A stretch of 64,000 nt of DNA from Rickettsiales bacterium. Its GTDB lineage: Bacteria > Pseudomonadota > Alphaproteobacteria > Rickettsiales > JBIKYU01. Both the position numbers and the translations under genes were made by a program. The stretch spans positions 3,177 through 67,176 of the forward strand of contig JBIKYU010000001.1 of assembly GCA_044355085.1 (NCBI GenBank), read 5' to 3'. The stretch's first letter is position 1, and every line of letters starts with the position of its first letter. The notes beneath the pieces are model-generated. The model was not told the DNA's origin. It was given only the letters and a program-made list of their open reading frames with translations, and did no database searches. Positions 46,479 to 58,000 of this stretch are shown here, piece after piece.

Positions 46479-48458
46479 ATGTCATTTAGGTTGGTTTCTG
46501 ATTTTTTTCCTTCTGGTGATCAGCCGCAAGCAATTGAAAAGCTCGTTGCAGGACTTGAGCAAAACGAAAAAGACCAGGTTTTACTTGGCGTTACTGGTTC
46601 TGGAAAAACTTTTACCATGGCGCAAATTATTTCTAGAACGCAGCGGCCTGCTTTAGTGCTTGCGCATAATAAAACTTTGGCCGCACAGCTTTACGAAGAA
46701 ATGCGTCAGTTTTTCCCTGATAACGCCGTTGAGTATTTTGTTTCTTATTACGATTACTATCAGCCTGAAGCATATGTTCCGCGCACTGATACTTATATCG
46801 AAAAAGATTCTGCCATCAATGAAACGATAGACCGCCTGCGCCATGCCGCAACGCGCGCGCTGCTTTCACGTCCTGATGTTATTGTGGTTGCGAGCGTATC
46901 TTGCATTTATGGCTTGGGCGCGCCAGAGCTTTATTTGCAAATGGCGATACCGCTTAAATGTGAGATGGAAATTTCTTTATCTGTGCTAGTGCGGCAGTTG
47001 ATAGAAATTCACTACACGCGCAATGATATTGATTTCTCACGCGGAGCTTTCAGATTGCGCGGCGATCAGCTGGATTTATTTCCTTCGCATTTGGAAGACC
47101 GCGCGTGGCGTTTGGCTTTTTTTGGCGACACGCTGGAGAAAATAACAGAGTTTGATATTCTAACAGGCGAGACTACCGCCACTCTTCCCGAAATTACAAT
47201 ATTTGCCAATAGCCATTACGTAACGCCGCGACCAACTTTGCAGCAAGCGGTGAAATTAATTCAAACGGAAATGAAAGCGCGCTTGGAATATTTCCATGCG
47301 CAGAATCAATTGTTAGAAGCGCAGCGGCTAGAGCAACGCACGGTGTTTGATCTTGAAATGATCAGAGAAACTGGCGCTTGCAAAGGCATTGAAAATTATT
47401 CGCGCTATTTATCAGGACGCGGCGCGGGGCAGGCTCCGCCAACTTTGTTTGAATATCTACCGAAAAACGCTTTGCTTTTTGTTGATGAAAGCCACGTTAC
47501 CGTTCCGCAAATTGGTGGCATGTATAATGGCGACCGCGCGCGCAAAACCACGCTTGTAGAGCATGGATTCCGACTTTCTTCTGCCCTTGATAATCGCCCG
47601 CTGCGTTTTGATGAATGGGACAAAATGCGGCCGAATACAATTTTTGTTTCCGCAACACCTGGAAAATTAGAGCTAGAAAGAGCAGCAGGAAAAATAGTTG
47701 AACAAGTTATTCGCCCGACCGGCCTTATTGATCCGCCGTGTTTTGTGCGGCCAGCCTCGTCGCAAGTGGATGATGTATTGAATGAGTGCCGAAAAACAAT
47801 CGCAGCTGGGCACCGGGTTTTACTTACAACTCTTACAAAGAAAATGGCTGAGCATTTATCGGAATATTTAAGCGAAGCGGGTTTGAAAGTTACCTATCTG
47901 CATTCTGATATCGAAACACTTGAGCGCATTGCCATTATCCGCCAATTGCGCCAAGGACAGACTGATGTTTTGGTGGGCGTGAATTTACTGCGCGAAGGTT
48001 TGGACATTCCTGAATGTGGTTTGGTTGCAATTTTAGATGCGGATAAAGAAGGATTTTTGCGCTCTGAAACTTCGCTCATTCAAACAATTGGCCGCGCTGC
48101 TAGAAATATCGATGGCAGAGTGATTTTATATGCCGATAAAATGACAAACTCGCTGACTAAAGCACTGGCGGAAACAGATAGAAGGCGGGCGATTCAGCAG
48201 GCATACAACGAAGAACATGGCATCACACCAGAGACAATTCGCAAAGCCATGCCGTCAATTTTAAATTCAGTTTTTGAGCGCGATCACGCAAATGTTCCAG
48301 AAGTTATTGAGGAGAACGTCTCGGAGAGCGAGAAAAAACGCCGACTTGAGGCCTTATACGCTAAAATGCGCAAAGCTGCAGAAGATCTAGAATTTGAACG
48401 CGCCGCAAATATACGTGATGAAATTCGCAAATTTGAGGCGCTTTGGCTGAAATTGTAG
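46479..48458 (+). CDS. uvrB: excinuclease ABC subunit B
   Basis: [33 protein letters not shown], helicase motifs, and a C-terminal UVR domain ([14 protein letters not shown]). Confidence 0.97.
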   Translation: MSFRLVSDFFPSGDQPQAIEKLVAGLEQNEKDQVLLGVTGSGKTFTMAQIISRTQRPALVLAHNKTLAAQLYEEMRQFFPDNAVEYFVSYYDYYQPEAYVPRTDTYIEKDSAINETIDRLRHAATRALLSRPDVIVVASVSCIYGLGAPELYLQMAIPLKCEMEISLSVLVRQLIEIHYTRNDIDFSRGAFRLRGDQLDLFPSHLEDRAWRLAFFGDTLEKITEFDILTGETTATLPEITIFANSHYVTPRPTLQQAVKLIQTEMKARLEYFHAQNQLLEAQRLEQRTVFDLEMIRETGACKGIENYSRYLSGRGAGQAPPTLFEYLPKNALLFVDESHVTVPQIGGMYNGDRARKTTLVEHGFRLSSALDNRPLRFDEWDKMRPNTIFVSATPGKLELERAAGKIVEQVIRPTGLIDPPCFVRPASSQVDDVLNECRKTIAAGHRVLLTTLTKKMAEHLSEYLSEAGLKVTYLHSDIETLERIAIIRQLRQGQTDVLVGVNLLREGLDIPECGLVAILDADKEGFLRSETSLIQTIGRAARNIDGRVILYADKMTNSLTKALAETDRRRAIQQAYNEEHGITPETIRKAMPSILNSVFERDHANVPEVIEENVSESEKKRRLEALYAKMRKAAEDLEFERAANIRDEIRKFEALWLKL

Positions 48459-48562
48459 ATTCCTGATATTGCGAATGAAATGAGCCCAGCTTTTTATAAA
48501 AAAAGATCGTTGAATTTTATGTATCGAATGCAAAGAACTCAATGATCTCGCAGAAAACTAAA

Positions 48563-49888
48563 CTAGCGTGAAAAAACCACCTGCCCTTTTACGATTGTGT
48601 GCGTTGCGCAGCCTTTTAATTTCTGTCCTGCGAAAGGCATGTTTTTAGATTTACTGAATAAGGCTTCAGCATTTATCTGCCAAACATGCTCTAGATCGAT
48701 GATGGTTAAATCAGCGGGAAGTCCCTTTTTCAAGCGACCTAATTTTGGGCGATGAATAACATCGGCGGCTTTGTAAGTCATCGCAGCTAAAACTTTAGGC
48801 AATGAAATGTGCCCAGCGTGATAGAGCGTAAGCCCAAAAGGGAGCATTGTTTCCAAACCGACAATGCCGAAGCTCGCTTCCTGCAGCGGAACTGTTTTAG
48901 TATCGGAATCATGCGGAGCGTGATCGGTGGCGATTACATCAATTGTGCCGTCCCTCAAGCCTTCTATTACAGCGAGAAGGTCTTTTTCAACGCGCAAAGG
49001 TGGATTCATTTTTGCTAAAGTTCCCTGCTGCAAAACGGCATCTTCAGTCAAAACAAAATGATGCGGAGCTGCTTCGCAAGTTACGTTCAAACCTTGCGCT
49101 TTGGCGCGGCGAACCGCTTCTATCGCCTGATGAGTTGAAATATGCAAGACGTGATAATGACCGCCTGTTAGTTCAAGTAAAAGCAGATCACGCGCGACAA
49201 TGACTGCTTCTGAAGCATTGGGAATTCCAGGCACGCCAAGCTGTGCGGAGATGCGGCCTTCATTGATGCAGCCACCATTTGAGAGATGAAGATCTTCAGC
49301 ATGCTGAGCTATTACTACGCCTAATGATGACGCATATTCCATAGCGCGACGCATGGTGAGAGAATTCATAACGGGCTTCCCATCATCGCTGAATCCAACT
49401 GCGCCAGCTTCGGCCAGCATTGCCATGTCGGTAAGGCTCTCGCCCTGAAGGTTTTTCGTAATTGCCGCGTAATGTTCAACATTGACATAAGCGCCCTCTA
49501 GCGCTCGCTGTTGAATGAAGCGTAGAACCTCTACTGAATCTACAGCTGGGCTTGTATTGGCCATGCCAACTACAGTTGTTACTCCACCTGCTGCTGCTGA
49601 TTTCGTTGCAGTTGCGATGGTTTCTTTATGTTCAAAACCTGGCTCACGCAGATGAACTTGAATATCCAGCAGGCCCGGACAAAGAACTTGTCCTTTGGCA
49701 TCTATATGCTGAACAAATTCTGGGGCATTATCTAGATTCATATGCGCACCAAAATCAGCTATGCTTCCTTCAACACAAAGTATTCCGCCGATTTGGTCGA
49801 GTCCTGATTCAGGATCAATTAAGCGCGCATTGGTTATTAAGAGCGGACGAATTAGTGATAATTGATGCTGAGGTTGAGTGAAATTCAT
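48563..49888 (-). CDS. pyrC: dihydroorotase, type I (allantoinase-like), with a variant metal motif
   Basis: LLDIQVHLREPGFEHKETI, FSDDGKPV, AQHAED, YHVLHIST, EAAPHHF, NPPLR and ATDHAPH. It lies downstream of pyrB. Confidence 0.85.
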   Translation of the reverse strand: MNFTQPQHQLSLIRPLLITNARLIDPESGLDQIGGILCVEGSIADFGAHMNLDNAPEFVQHIDAKGQVLCPGLLDIQVHLREPGFEHKETIATATKSAAAGGVTTVVGMANTSPAVDSVEVLRFIQQRALEGAYVNVEHYAAITKNLQGESLTDMAMLAEAGAVGFSDDGKPVMNSLTMRRAMEYASSLGVVIAQHAEDLHLSNGGCINEGRISAQLGVPGIPNASEAVIVARDLLLLELTGGHYHVLHISTHQAIEAVRRAKAQGLNVTCEAAPHHFVLTEDAVLQQGTLAKMNPPLRVEKDLLAVIEGLRDGTIDVIATDHAPHDSDTKTVPLQEASFGIVGLETMLPFGLTLYHAGHISLPKVLAAMTYKAADVIHRPKLGRLKKGLPADLTIIDLEHVWQINAEALFSKSKNMPFAGQKLKGCATHTIVKGQVVFSR

Positions 49889-49931
49889 GACTGGTTTCTC
49901 CTTGCGAATCGCTGATTTTTAGATTGCCTTT

Positions 49932-50861
49932 TTAAGCGAGCAACAGCGCTAAAATTGCCTGTCGCATCGCCACGCCTAATTCAACTTGATTTAATATTCG
50001 GCTTTGGCTTTGGTCATCAGCAACATCGCTGGCAATTTCAACGCCGCGATTAAGCGGGCCAGGATGCAAAACAATAGCAGTTGGCTTAGCGCGATTAAGA
50101 CGCGCGCGCGTTAAACCATAACCATAAAAATAATCGCGAACAGATGGCACAAAACCACTTTGCATGCGCTCGCGCTGAAGGCGAAGCATCATGATTACAT
50201 CGGCACCTTCCAGCGCATCATCCATGCAATGAGTGCATGAAACCGCAAGAGTTTTAATAACATGCGGCGGCAGTAGAGTCGGCGGCGCGACTAGGATTAC
50301 TTCCGCCCCCAAACGCTGCAGTAATTTTATATTTGAACGCGCAACTCGGCTGTGAAGAATATCGCCGCAGATAACAACTTTTTTCCGCGCCAGCGAACCT
50401 AGTTGCTCCTGAATGGTAAGCGCGTCAAGCAAAGCCTGAGTTGGATGCTCGTGACAACCATCGCCAGCATTGATTATGCGCGCGCGACAAAGCTTGGTAG
50501 CAAGCTCAGAAGCGCCGCTCATAGCGTGTCGCAGAATAATCGCTGCAGGCCCCATAGCATCAAGCGAACGCAAAGTATCAGCGAGATTCTCGCCTTTGCT
50601 TACAGATGATTGCGCAACGCTGATATTTACAACATCTGCGCTTAGTCTTTTTCCGGCGATTTCAAATGAAGTGCGCGTGCGCGTTGAATGTTCGTAAAAT
50701 AAATTGATGATGGAAACTCCGCGCAAAAGATTTTCCTTGTTAGGTTCTTTTGCATTTGCATCGCGATATTTTTTGGCTTGCGAAAATAATTTTTCTATAT
50801 CGCTATCACTGAGATCATCGACGGCGATTAGATTTTTTGCTGTTAATGAGCTGTTTCCCAT
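49932..50861 (-). CDS. pyrB: aspartate carbamoyltransferase catalytic subunit
   Basis: EHSTRTRTSFE, HEHPTQALLD and HPGPLNRG. Confidence 0.95.
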   Translation of the reverse strand: MGNSSLTAKNLIAVDDLSDSDIEKLFSQAKKYRDANAKEPNKENLLRGVSIINLFYEHSTRTRTSFEIAGKRLSADVVNISVAQSSVSKGENLADTLRSLDAMGPAAIILRHAMSGASELATKLCRARIINAGDGCHEHPTQALLDALTIQEQLGSLARKKVVICGDILHSRVARSNIKLLQRLGAEVILVAPPTLLPPHVIKTLAVSCTHCMDDALEGADVIMMLRLQRERMQSGFVPSVRDYFYGYGLTRARLNRAKPTAIVLHPGPLNRGVEIASDVADDQSQSRILNQVELGVAMRQAILALLLA

Positions 50862-51092
50862 AATTTTGCTTCGCTTGTAAACTCTGTGTTTTCAGTGCGG
50901 CGCAAATTACAGTAATTGCTTTCTAATGCAAGAATGGCTTGATGTTTTGAAACGCGACAATTTTTGTTTTGCTAGTTTTTAATTTTAGCGCAACAAATGT
51001 CCTTTAGAAGAATTTCAGATTTTTACTAGATTATTGCAGCGTCGTTTCGTATACACCCAATCCTTTGCTGCTTGTTGTGATGGTATCACCCC

Positions 51093-51485
51093 ATGGAACA
51101 GAACTTCAATCATATGTCATTTTCTCCTTTTTATTCGCGCGTTGGCGCGCCGCTTGATCTAGATTTTCTCAACAGCGTGACTGGTGGAAAGCCAGCCGTG
51201 CTTGAAGAACTTTTGGAGCTGTTTTTTGTGAATGCTTCTGAATGTCTTGCGGTTTTAGAGCGCAGCTTAAAGAACGATCATGATGAAGCGCGCTGGTCGC
51301 GAGCTGCAGCTGAGCTTAAAGTGTTGGCGGATAATGTTGGCGCTGTGGCGCTTGCCAAGGCTTGTAATGAGGCTTTTTCTGAGGCTAACTCAGCCTTTGA
51401 AAGCAAGAGAAAAATCTTCTCTGAGGTGCGGCTAGAAGTGCAAAAGCTGAAAACCTATTTTCAAAATAATCCTTTGCAGTACTAA
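51093..51485 (+). CDS. Hpt (histidine phosphotransfer)-like domain protein lacking the conserved His
   Basis: 130 aa. LDLDFLNSVTGGKPAVLEELLELFFVNASECLAVLERSL...AAAELKVLADNVGAVALAKAC follows the four-helix Hpt pattern, but Ala sits where HxxKG has His. Confidence 0.5.
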   Translation: MEQNFNHMSFSPFYSRVGAPLDLDFLNSVTGGKPAVLEELLELFFVNASECLAVLERSLKNDHDEARWSRAAAELKVLADNVGAVALAKACNEAFSEANSAFESKRKIFSEVRLEVQKLKTYFQNNPLQY

Positions 51486-51531
51486 AAACTTCGTTTTGAT
51501 GCGGGCCGAATTAAAGTGCATTTTTTCTGTG

Positions 51532-51984
51532 CTACCGCAGATCGGCAAAAAATTTCTGCAGTAATGCTTCCGATTTACTAGCTGAAATTCCGCCGTAGCA
51601 TTCGGGCTTGTGGTGACAAGTTGATCTGGTAAAAACTTTTGCTCCATGTTCAACGCCGCCACCTTTGGGATCGTATGCTCCGAAATAAACGCGCCTTATT
51701 CTGGCTAAACTTATAGCTTGAGCGCACATTGCGCATGGTTCCAAGGTTACGTAGAGATCGCAATCAGCAAGCCATTTCTGCTGCTGTTTTTGTGTTGCAC
51801 GAATTATCGCTAAAATTTCTGCATGCGCTGTTGGATTTTTCTGCTGCTCAACTTCGTTGTAAGCGGAAGAAATGATGGTCGCTGTTGGTGCGTGAATTAT
51901 TAGTGCGCCAACTGGAACCTCGCCTTCAGAAGCGGCCTTTTGTGCTAATTCCAGCGCTTGTTGCATTGCATTTGTAGAATTCAT
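51532..51984 (-). CDS. tadA: tRNA-specific adenosine deaminase TadA
   Basis: EVPVGALI, the HAEILAI zinc ligand, and PCAMCAQAI. The start was moved to ATG 51984. Confidence 0.9.
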   Translation of the reverse strand: MNSTNAMQQALELAQKAASEGEVPVGALIIHAPTATIISSAYNEVEQQKNPTAHAEILAIIRATQKQQQKWLADCDLYVTLEPCAMCAQAISLARIRRVYFGAYDPKGGGVEHGAKVFTRSTCHHKPECYGGISASKSEALLQKFFADLR

Positions 51985-52164
51985 TTTCTTTCTCGTTTGC
52001 AGATTATGATTGTTGGTATATACCGATTTGGCGCTGGAAATAAAAAAGAGTTTCATCTGCTTGCATATCGATACCAATTAAAGCCCAAAGCTACGAGATG
52101 GAATTGGTATGGTAACGATTCAAGCTTTTCCTAGATAAAACTCTTGCGCCACAAGAGGAATATA

Positions 52165-53655
52165 ATGTCATCGTATTTTCGCTATATTGCAGTTTTTGGT
52201 TTTGTTTTAGTGTTAGGCTTGTCTTTCGCAGCAGGCCTGGTTTTCCACAAGCAAGCGCTTGAGCAAATCATGAAAAATCCAACAATGGTGATGGATAAAA
52301 AAATAGCTACCTACTACACGCAAGCCTTGTGGTGCAGGTTCGCACCAGAAATTGCTGCAACTGGTGCTGAGACTCTACCGCAATGGCAAGCCACAACGCT
52401 TTCATCAAGACTTGCGCAGCATTCTCGCACGTTATTTGGTGTGCTTTCTGCAGCGAAAATTTCTGTGTATTTACCGACTCCGCGTGCTTTGCTTTTTTCT
52501 ACCAATGAACATGACATGGTTTTGTTTGGCGAAGAAGAAGCTGCAAGCGCCGGATTTTTTGAGACCGCGAAGCAAGTTCCGCATGCCCGCGTATTGTCTT
52601 CAGCAGGCTTAGTAGCGAAAGACGGAACGGTACAAAAGGGCGCCTTTTTGCATTCTGCAATGTTAATTTCCTCCGCAAACTGCCCCGACGCAAAACCAGA
52701 GCAAAAGCCAGTTACGGCAGTTTTAGAAATATATCGCGATATAAGCATGCAGTGGAATTATTTATATATTTTCCAGGCGGCGATAAGCGGTGGAATCGTG
52801 GCGATTTTTCTGCTGCTATATTTGGCGGTTTTTGTCACTTCAAGAAAGACCGAACGCATCATAGAAAGACAGCATGAGGAAAATATCTCCCTGGCGGAAG
52901 CCAAAGCCAGAGCCGAATTGCAGAGTTCGGAGAAATCTATGTTTCTTGCTAATGTCACCCATGAATTGCGCACACCGCTTAATGCCGTCATTGGTTTTTC
53001 TGAAATTTTAAAAAGCGAAGCACACGGACCTTTGGGCGATCCGCAATACAAAGAATATGTGAATGATATTTTTTCTTCTGGAACGCATTTGCTGAGTTTG
53101 ATTAACGACATTCTCGATTATTCAAAAGCCGAAGCACAAAAATTAGATGTTGAATCAGTTGAAATCGATTTATCAAAGATCGGTCAGAGCTGTTTGCGTT
53201 TGGTAGAAACACGCGCGCGTGATGCCCATGTTTCCTTGATAAATGACATCCCAGAGCGACGCATAGTTTTACATGCTGATCCTAAACGCATGCGCCAAGT
53301 TATTTTAAATTTGCTTTCTAACTCGGTCAAATTCACACCAGAAAATGGGAAAGTTACGCTCTTGATTCGCGAAGATATTGTTGATGGTTTAGTGCGCGTG
53401 CAGGTAAAAGACTCAGGAATTGGCATTGCACCAAAAGATATTTCCCGCGCATTAGCACCATTTGGACAGATTGATAGTTCACTTAGTCGCCGCTATGAAG
53501 GCACTGGCCTTGGCTTGCCGCTGACGAAAAAACTTACCGAAATTATGGGCGGAACTTTCCTTCTAGAAAGTGAAGAAGGCCTGGGAACCTCAGTTACTCT
53601 AAGTTTCCCGCTTCGCCGCGAAGAAAAAAAATCTCCTACCAATATTCATTTTTAG
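52165..53655 (+). CDS. sensor histidine kinase (two TM helices, periplasmic domain, HisKA + HATPase_c)
   Basis: H-box THELRTPLNAVIGFSEIL, N-box LNLLSNSVKFT, G1 DSGIGI and G2 GTGLGL. AAGAGGA (Shine-Dalgarno-like) precedes ATG 52165. Confidence 0.85.
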   Translation: MSSYFRYIAVFGFVLVLGLSFAAGLVFHKQALEQIMKNPTMVMDKKIATYYTQALWCRFAPEIAATGAETLPQWQATTLSSRLAQHSRTLFGVLSAAKISVYLPTPRALLFSTNEHDMVLFGEEEAASAGFFETAKQVPHARVLSSAGLVAKDGTVQKGAFLHSAMLISSANCPDAKPEQKPVTAVLEIYRDISMQWNYLYIFQAAISGGIVAIFLLLYLAVFVTSRKTERIIERQHEENISLAEAKARAELQSSEKSMFLANVTHELRTPLNAVIGFSEILKSEAHGPLGDPQYKEYVNDIFSSGTHLLSLINDILDYSKAEAQKLDVESVEIDLSKIGQSCLRLVETRARDAHVSLINDIPERRIVLHADPKRMRQVILNLLSNSVKFTPENGKVTLLIREDIVDGLVRVQVKDSGIGIAPKDISRALAPFGQIDSSLSRRYEGTGLGLPLTKKLTEIMGGTFLLESEEGLGTSVTLSFPLRREEKKSPTNIHF

Positions 53656-53666
53656 AAAATTTATTT

Positions 53667-54485
53667 ATGTCGCAAATTAAACGCCGGAGCGTTCCTTCCA
53701 TCAAAATGCAAAAATCTAAAACGCCTTTGGTTTGCTTAACCGCTTACACAACGCCGATGGCGCGGGCTCTTGATGAGCATGTTGATGTTTTGCTAGTTGG
53801 TGATTCGCTGGGCATGGTGGTTTATGGAATGGATTCAACATTGGGCGTAACTTTGTCGATGATGGCAGCGCACGGAGCCGCCGTAATGCGTGGCAGTAAA
53901 AATGCTTTGGTGGTGGTTGATATGCCATTTGGTAGTTATCTGGCAAGCTTGGATGAGGCGCTTTCCAATGCCTGTAAACTCATTGCAGAAAGCGGCTGCC
54001 AGGCGGTTAAGCTGGAAGGTGGCGCAGAAATTGCGCCGCTAATTAAACGCTTAATTAGCGCGGGAATTCCTGTAATGGCGCATATTGGTTTGATGCCGCA
54101 ACATGTTCACGCAATGGGCGGATTTAAAATTCAGGGAAAAGATTCTTCTTCAGCCGAGAAAATTTTATCTGACGCTTTTGCACTTGAAGAAGCTGGCGCT
54201 TTTGCAGTGGTTTTAGAAGGAATTCCACAAAAATTAGCAGCAGAAATTTCACAAAAAATTAGCATTCCAACTATCGGAATTGGCGCTGCGCCAGAATGTG
54301 ATGGGCAGATTTTAGTTGCTGAAGATATGCTTGGTCTCTTGCCGAATTCTCCGCCAAAATTCGTACAGAATTTTGCGAAGCTTTATCCGCAAATAGAAAA
54401 TGCTGCGAAAGAATATGCAGAAGCGGTTAGAAATCGCAGCTTCCCTGCTCCAGAAAAACATTGTTATAATGTAACAGCTGAATAA
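53667..54485 (+). CDS. panB: 3-methyl-2-oxobutanoate hydroxymethyltransferase
   Basis: LTAYTTPMARALDEHVDVLLVGDSLGMVVYG, VKLEGG and GHIGLMPQ. Confidence 0.93.
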   Translation: MSQIKRRSVPSIKMQKSKTPLVCLTAYTTPMARALDEHVDVLLVGDSLGMVVYGMDSTLGVTLSMMAAHGAAVMRGSKNALVVVDMPFGSYLASLDEALSNACKLIAESGCQAVKLEGGAEIAPLIKRLISAGIPVMAHIGLMPQHVHAMGGFKIQGKDSSSAEKILSDAFALEEAGAFAVVLEGIPQKLAAEISQKISIPTIGIGAAPECDGQILVAEDMLGLLPNSPPKFVQNFAKLYPQIENAAKEYAEAVRNRSFPAPEKHCYNVTAE

Positions 54486-54721
54486 TAAAAACACATCAGA
54501 ATAAAATTACTGAATTTTATAATGCATAAAAGCCCATCCCCAGATGAAGAAGGGATTTGCTGGTTTTTGCTTCATCTAATAAATGATAGCATTCCATATT
54601 TTTGAGCATGCGGAGGAGCGGCAAGTTTTTAAAGCTTAATTGTACTAAAACATACATGAGCATTGCAAAACTCAGCAACGACAATGTCAGGCTAAAAATC
54701 TGGATGGTATAACAAGAAAAA

Positions 54722-54925
54722 CTACAGCGCTTTTAGCTCTGATGCTGATTGACGACCTTTATGTTCGGTCAGCTCGAACGCAAGGCGTTGATCTGGTTGC
54801 AGCGTTGACCAGCCAGCTTTTTCAACAGCAGTGATGTGAACGAAAACATCTCCTCCGCCACCATCAGGCGAAATAAAACCAAATTTCTTTTTTGCATCAA
54901 ACCACTTTACTGTTCCTGTAGCCAT
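54722..54925 (-). CDS. cspA: cold-shock protein (CspA family)
   Basis: 67 aa. GTVKWFDAKKKFGFI (RNP1) and VFVHITAV (RNP2). Confidence 0.93.
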   Translation of the reverse strand: MATGTVKWFDAKKKFGFISPDGGGGDVFVHITAVEKAGWSTLQPDQRLAFELTEHKGRQSASELKAL

Positions 54926-55006
54926 TTTTTACTCCTTCAATAACAACAAAAAGAGCCGCGCAAAAATGTTTTTCTTTGCATAGCTCTTATAAAATTGCAG
55001 TTGAAT

Positions 55007-58000
55007 TTATTGGCTGAAATTTTTCTCGTCAAGATTGTCTTTTTCAGAATTAGCACGCAGCACCAGACTGTGTATGGCAGGAACGACATAAAGCGTAAAC
55101 AGCGTACCAATCATCATGCCGCCGATAATTACCCAGCCAATTTGGCGACGACTTTCTGCGCCCGCACCTTCAGATAAAGCCAGCGGTACAGCGCCAAGAA
55201 CCATCGCAAGTGTTGTCATTAAAACTGGGCGCAGACGAACTGTTGCCGCTTCGTAAACAGCTTGCTTGGGATTTAATCCTTCTGCAACGCGTTGATTGCT
55301 AAATTCAACAATTAAAATGCCGTGTTTTGTGATCAAGCCAATGAGCGTGATCAGGCCTATTTGCGAATAAATATTGAGAGTGCCGCCTGTAAGTTTCAGC
55401 GCCAACAAAGCTCCCGTCATGGAAAGCGGAACAGTTAGCAAAATCACCAGCGGATAGCGATAGCTTTCAAATTGCGCCGCAAGAACCAAATAAATAAATC
55501 CAAGCGCGAGTAAGAATGTAAAAATTACTTCTTTGCTGGTGCTGCGAAACTCTCGCGATTCGCCATCTACATCAGTGCGCGCTGAGGCTGGTAAAATTTC
55601 TGCTGATTTTTTATCCAGCCAATCTAGCGCCTCGCCCAAAGTGTAGCCTTGGCCAACATTGGCGGTGATTTTGGCTGAGCGCATTTGGTTGAAGTGATTG
55701 AGTTCGCGCGGAGCTACAGTTTCAGTAATCGTCAGCAGGGCTGAGAGTGGAATCATTTTATTGTCCTTATTGCGGACATAAATGCGATCAATATCGCTTG
55801 GCGTTACGCGGTCTTGATCTTCGATTTGAACAATCACATCATATTGTTTGCCGCGATCTTTGAAGCGCGTGACTTGTCTGCCGCCGAGCAAAGTTTCTAA
55901 TGCGCGGCCAATCGTATCGATTTGCACGCCCAAAGCTGCGGCTTTATCGCGCGCAATCAAAATTGAAAGCTGAGGTTTGCTGAGTTTTAAATCAATATCA
56001 GGATTAGCAATGCCTGGGTAGGTTTGCATTTCTTGCATCAGCTTCCCCATGACAGAATTGAGCTCGTCATATGTGCCCGTGGTTTGAATAATATACTCTA
56101 TCGGCTGACTGCGCGCACTTCTGCCCAAAGATGGCGGATTAACAGGGAATGACATCATACCAGGCAGACCAAACATTTGCGGAGCAATAGTTTTGCCGAT
56201 TTCCATTTGCGTGCGATTGCGCTCTTCCCATGGGCTTAGGCGCACAAACGCGATGCCTTGCGAAACAGTTGGAAAACCAGCAACGACGAAATATTTTTGG
56301 ATCTCTGGAACGCTTGCAAATATCGGCTCAAGCGAACGCATCCATTTTGCCGTGTAGTCGATGGTTGAGCCCTCAGGCGTGATTCCTATTGCAACAATGG
56401 TCCCGCGGTCTTCTGTGGGTGCGAGCTCTGATTTTAAACTTCTAAGCAGCTGAACGCCTACTAAAGAAACTATCACCGCAATTAAAATAATTATGAATCT
56501 ACCCCGCAAAGCTGCGCGCAAGCTTGCTGCATATCCAGTTTCAATTGCTTTAATCACAGCTTCGCTGAAGCGTGAAAATAAATTTGGTTGCTTTGAATCT
56601 GGACGCAGCCAAGCGCCGCACATCACAGGAGAAAGAGTAAGCGCAAGCCAGCCCGAAATCACAACTGCACCCGCTAATGTTATGGCGAATTCTGTGAATA
56701 ATTTTCCTGTGCGTCCTGTCATGAACGCGACAGGTGTATAAACGGCAGCTAGGGTAAGGGTCATGGCGATTACTGCGAAACTAATTTCCCTCGAGCCTTT
56801 AATCGCAGCCTGCTTGGGTGACAGGCCTTCCTCGATGTGACGATGGATATTTTCAAGCACAACAATTGCATCATCAACGACCATTCCTATCGCTAAAACG
56901 AAGGCCAGCAAAGTTAGCGTGTTGATGGTGAATCCAAGAATCATCATGATGAAACACACGCCCAGCAATGATATTGGCACTGCAACCATCGGAATCAAAG
57001 TGGCGCGGAAAGAGCGCAAGAAAAAGAAAATCACCACCACTACTAAAATTGTGGCCTCGATTATGGTTTTGTAAACTTCAGCGATTGAGCGCTCGATAAA
57101 AATTGAACTATCGTAAGCCATTTCTAAGCGCATTCCTGCGGGCAGGCTTTTTTCGAGCTCGGGCATGAGATCGCGCACACCTTTTGAAACATCAAGCGGA
57201 TTTGCAGTTGATTGCTTCACCACACCAAGAGCAACCGTGCTTTTGCCGTTGAAGCGCGTGATGCGTCGCTCGTCTTCGGGCGCAACTTCTGCACGGCCAA
57301 CATCGCGCAGCCGCGTGAGCTCTGTCCCGCGCTGCCTTAGAATTATGGCCTCAAATTGCTCTGTAGTTTTTAAATCAGTTTCTGACAAAACGGAAAATTC
57401 CCGGTTGCTGCTTTCAATGCGGCCAGCTGGAATTTCAACATTCTGCGCGCGCAAAGCCTGCTCCACATCAGCTGGAGTAAGATCATAAGCGGCCAAGCGC
57501 TCGGGGCTTAGCCAAATGCGCATAGCGGTTCTGCGCTCACCAAAAATATTTACGTTCGATACACCAGCAAGATTTTGTATGCGATTTTTGACATAGCGAT
57601 CAGCGTAGTCGCTGATTTCAAGCTCGGTGTGGCGGTCGCTAAAAAATGCAAGATAGATAATCGGCTGCGCATCTGCCTCTACTTTTGCAATGACGGGCTC
57701 GTCGATTTCTTGCGGCAATTTACTGCGCACACGACCAACTCTGTCACGCACATCATTGGCGGCGCCGTCGGGATCGCGCGTGGTTTTAAAGCGCACGGAA
57801 ATCTGGCTTGATTCTGCGCGGCTAACCGAGCTTAAAACTTCTATTCCCTCAATCCCAGCCAATGATTCTTCCAGCGGCGTTGCAATTTGCGTCTCGATAA
57901 TTTCCGCGCTCGCACCAGGATATTTTGTTTCAACCGTAATTACAGGCTCATCGATATTGGGATATTCGCGCACAGTTAAGCGCGAAAATGCAATCAGCCC

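Noticed and set aside
54543-54580. An AGATGAAG ... CTTCATCT inverted repeat in the convergent panB/cspA spacer, considered as a bidirectional terminator.
   Set aside because: The loop is 22 nt and there are no flanking T or A tracts, so the terminator geometry is poor.
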